From Octopus sinensis (taxonomy: Eukaryota): DNA of 19,910 nucleotides. The notes beneath the pieces were generated by a model. That model did not search any database. It saw nothing but the letters and a program-made list of their open reading frames with translations, and had not been told where the DNA came from. Where the stretch lies: contig NW_021824148.1 in NCBI RefSeq assembly GCF_006345805.1, positions 1-19,910 on the forward strand. Direction: 5' to 3'. Numbering within the stretch: position 1 is the first letter of the stretch; each line of letters opens with the position of its first letter. This document shows positions 19,151 through 19,910 of this stretch, in pieces. A program made the position numbers and the translations under genes.

Positions 19151-19466
19151 ATATAGGATCTTTTCATTTTGAGGGCCAGATTTTCCTAGTTAACTAAACT
19201 ATTTGAAACTTCGTATACAGGTAGAATGTGTCAAAAGAAAACATTATTGTAAACAAAATTGAAAACAAAATTGTAATTCGTAACTTAAACGTAGTTTAAT
19301 TTTAAGAATTTTAACCAATGAAATCGCAGCATCCGAGCTCAAATTATTTACCTCTTCTTCTGTCCTCTGCATGTGCTAGAAATAACAGCTATATCTCTTA
19401 AATCGATTAATTTCGTCGCCCAATAAAAATATTAACGATATTTTTTGAATATTTATTTTTTTTTTT

Positions 19467-19910
19467 GCACGCACGACAGAGTGTAAGCATCCTGAGAGAA
19501 ATGCTGGATATAAGAAGCATCAGATGTGGTGTGCAAGAGCGACGCTTGCGATGGTATGGTCATGTGCTGCGGATGGATGAGGAGAGATGTGTGAAGAAGT
19601 GCCACTCCCAAACAGTTGAAGGTATCAGGGGGAGAGGTAGACCCAGGAAGACATGGGATGGGGTAGTCAAGCATGACCTCAGACCTCACTGAGGCAATGG
19701 CGAAGGACCGAGATCTCTGGAGATATGCTGTGACTGCAAAGACCCGGGCTGCTTCCTGCATCAGTTCCGCATAGCCCCTGCCCATTCAAAGTACCCCGGA
19801 TCCCAGATCGTCCCGCTGTGCTTGAGGAGACCTGTTGAGTCAAGTACATGAACATGAACGTCGAATAAATATCAATGGAACTAGTAGTTATGATGCTTGT
19901 GCCGGTGGCA
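19467..19910 (+). mobile_element. Second, more 5'-truncated copy of the 9161 RTE family (runs off the window)
   Basis: Matches 9883-10335 apart from 2 substitutions, an 8-bp deletion at 19683 and a 1-bp deletion. Confidence 0.95.

Larger units (their letters stand above)
18174..19466 (+). repeat. Third copy of the A-B intron segment (matches 5110-6110, 8103-9160 and 10714-11020)
   Basis: Begins GTCCTCTCTTGATATTG as at 5110 and 8103. Lacks the 9161-10707 RTE. Has a ~56-bp deletion near 18825. Confidence 0.92.

Overview
Eukaryotic, AT-rich, microsatellite-rich genomic DNA, probably a cephalopod (Octopus-like SINE and RTE families recognised from memory, not from a search). The window holds the 5' part of one spliced + strand ankyrin-repeat gene. 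Six GT-AG exons (1147-1230, 4674-4825, 7012-7168, 7667-7818, 14682-14838, 15286-15542) join into a stop-free frame of 959 nt (319 codons + 2 nt) that must continue beyond the window. The gene has grown by a head-to-tail duplication of a two-exon, 103-aa, three-repeat module (junction 7393/7395) and by a 102-nt duplication inside the last exon. A third copy of the A-B intron starts at 18174. The duplicated exons are more diverged (about 9%, mostly non-synonymous, at ankyrin binding-face positions) than their flanking introns (about 2%). The introns contain two near-identical young RTE LINE copies (one with a PHD-type finger inside the RT and a visible TSD/empty site), a CR1-type LINE, a BovB-like RTE, SINEs, and several long foldback elements. 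These foldbacks flank phase-compatible exon pairs and could drive skipping or back-splicing. All counts are by eye and need computational confirmation.
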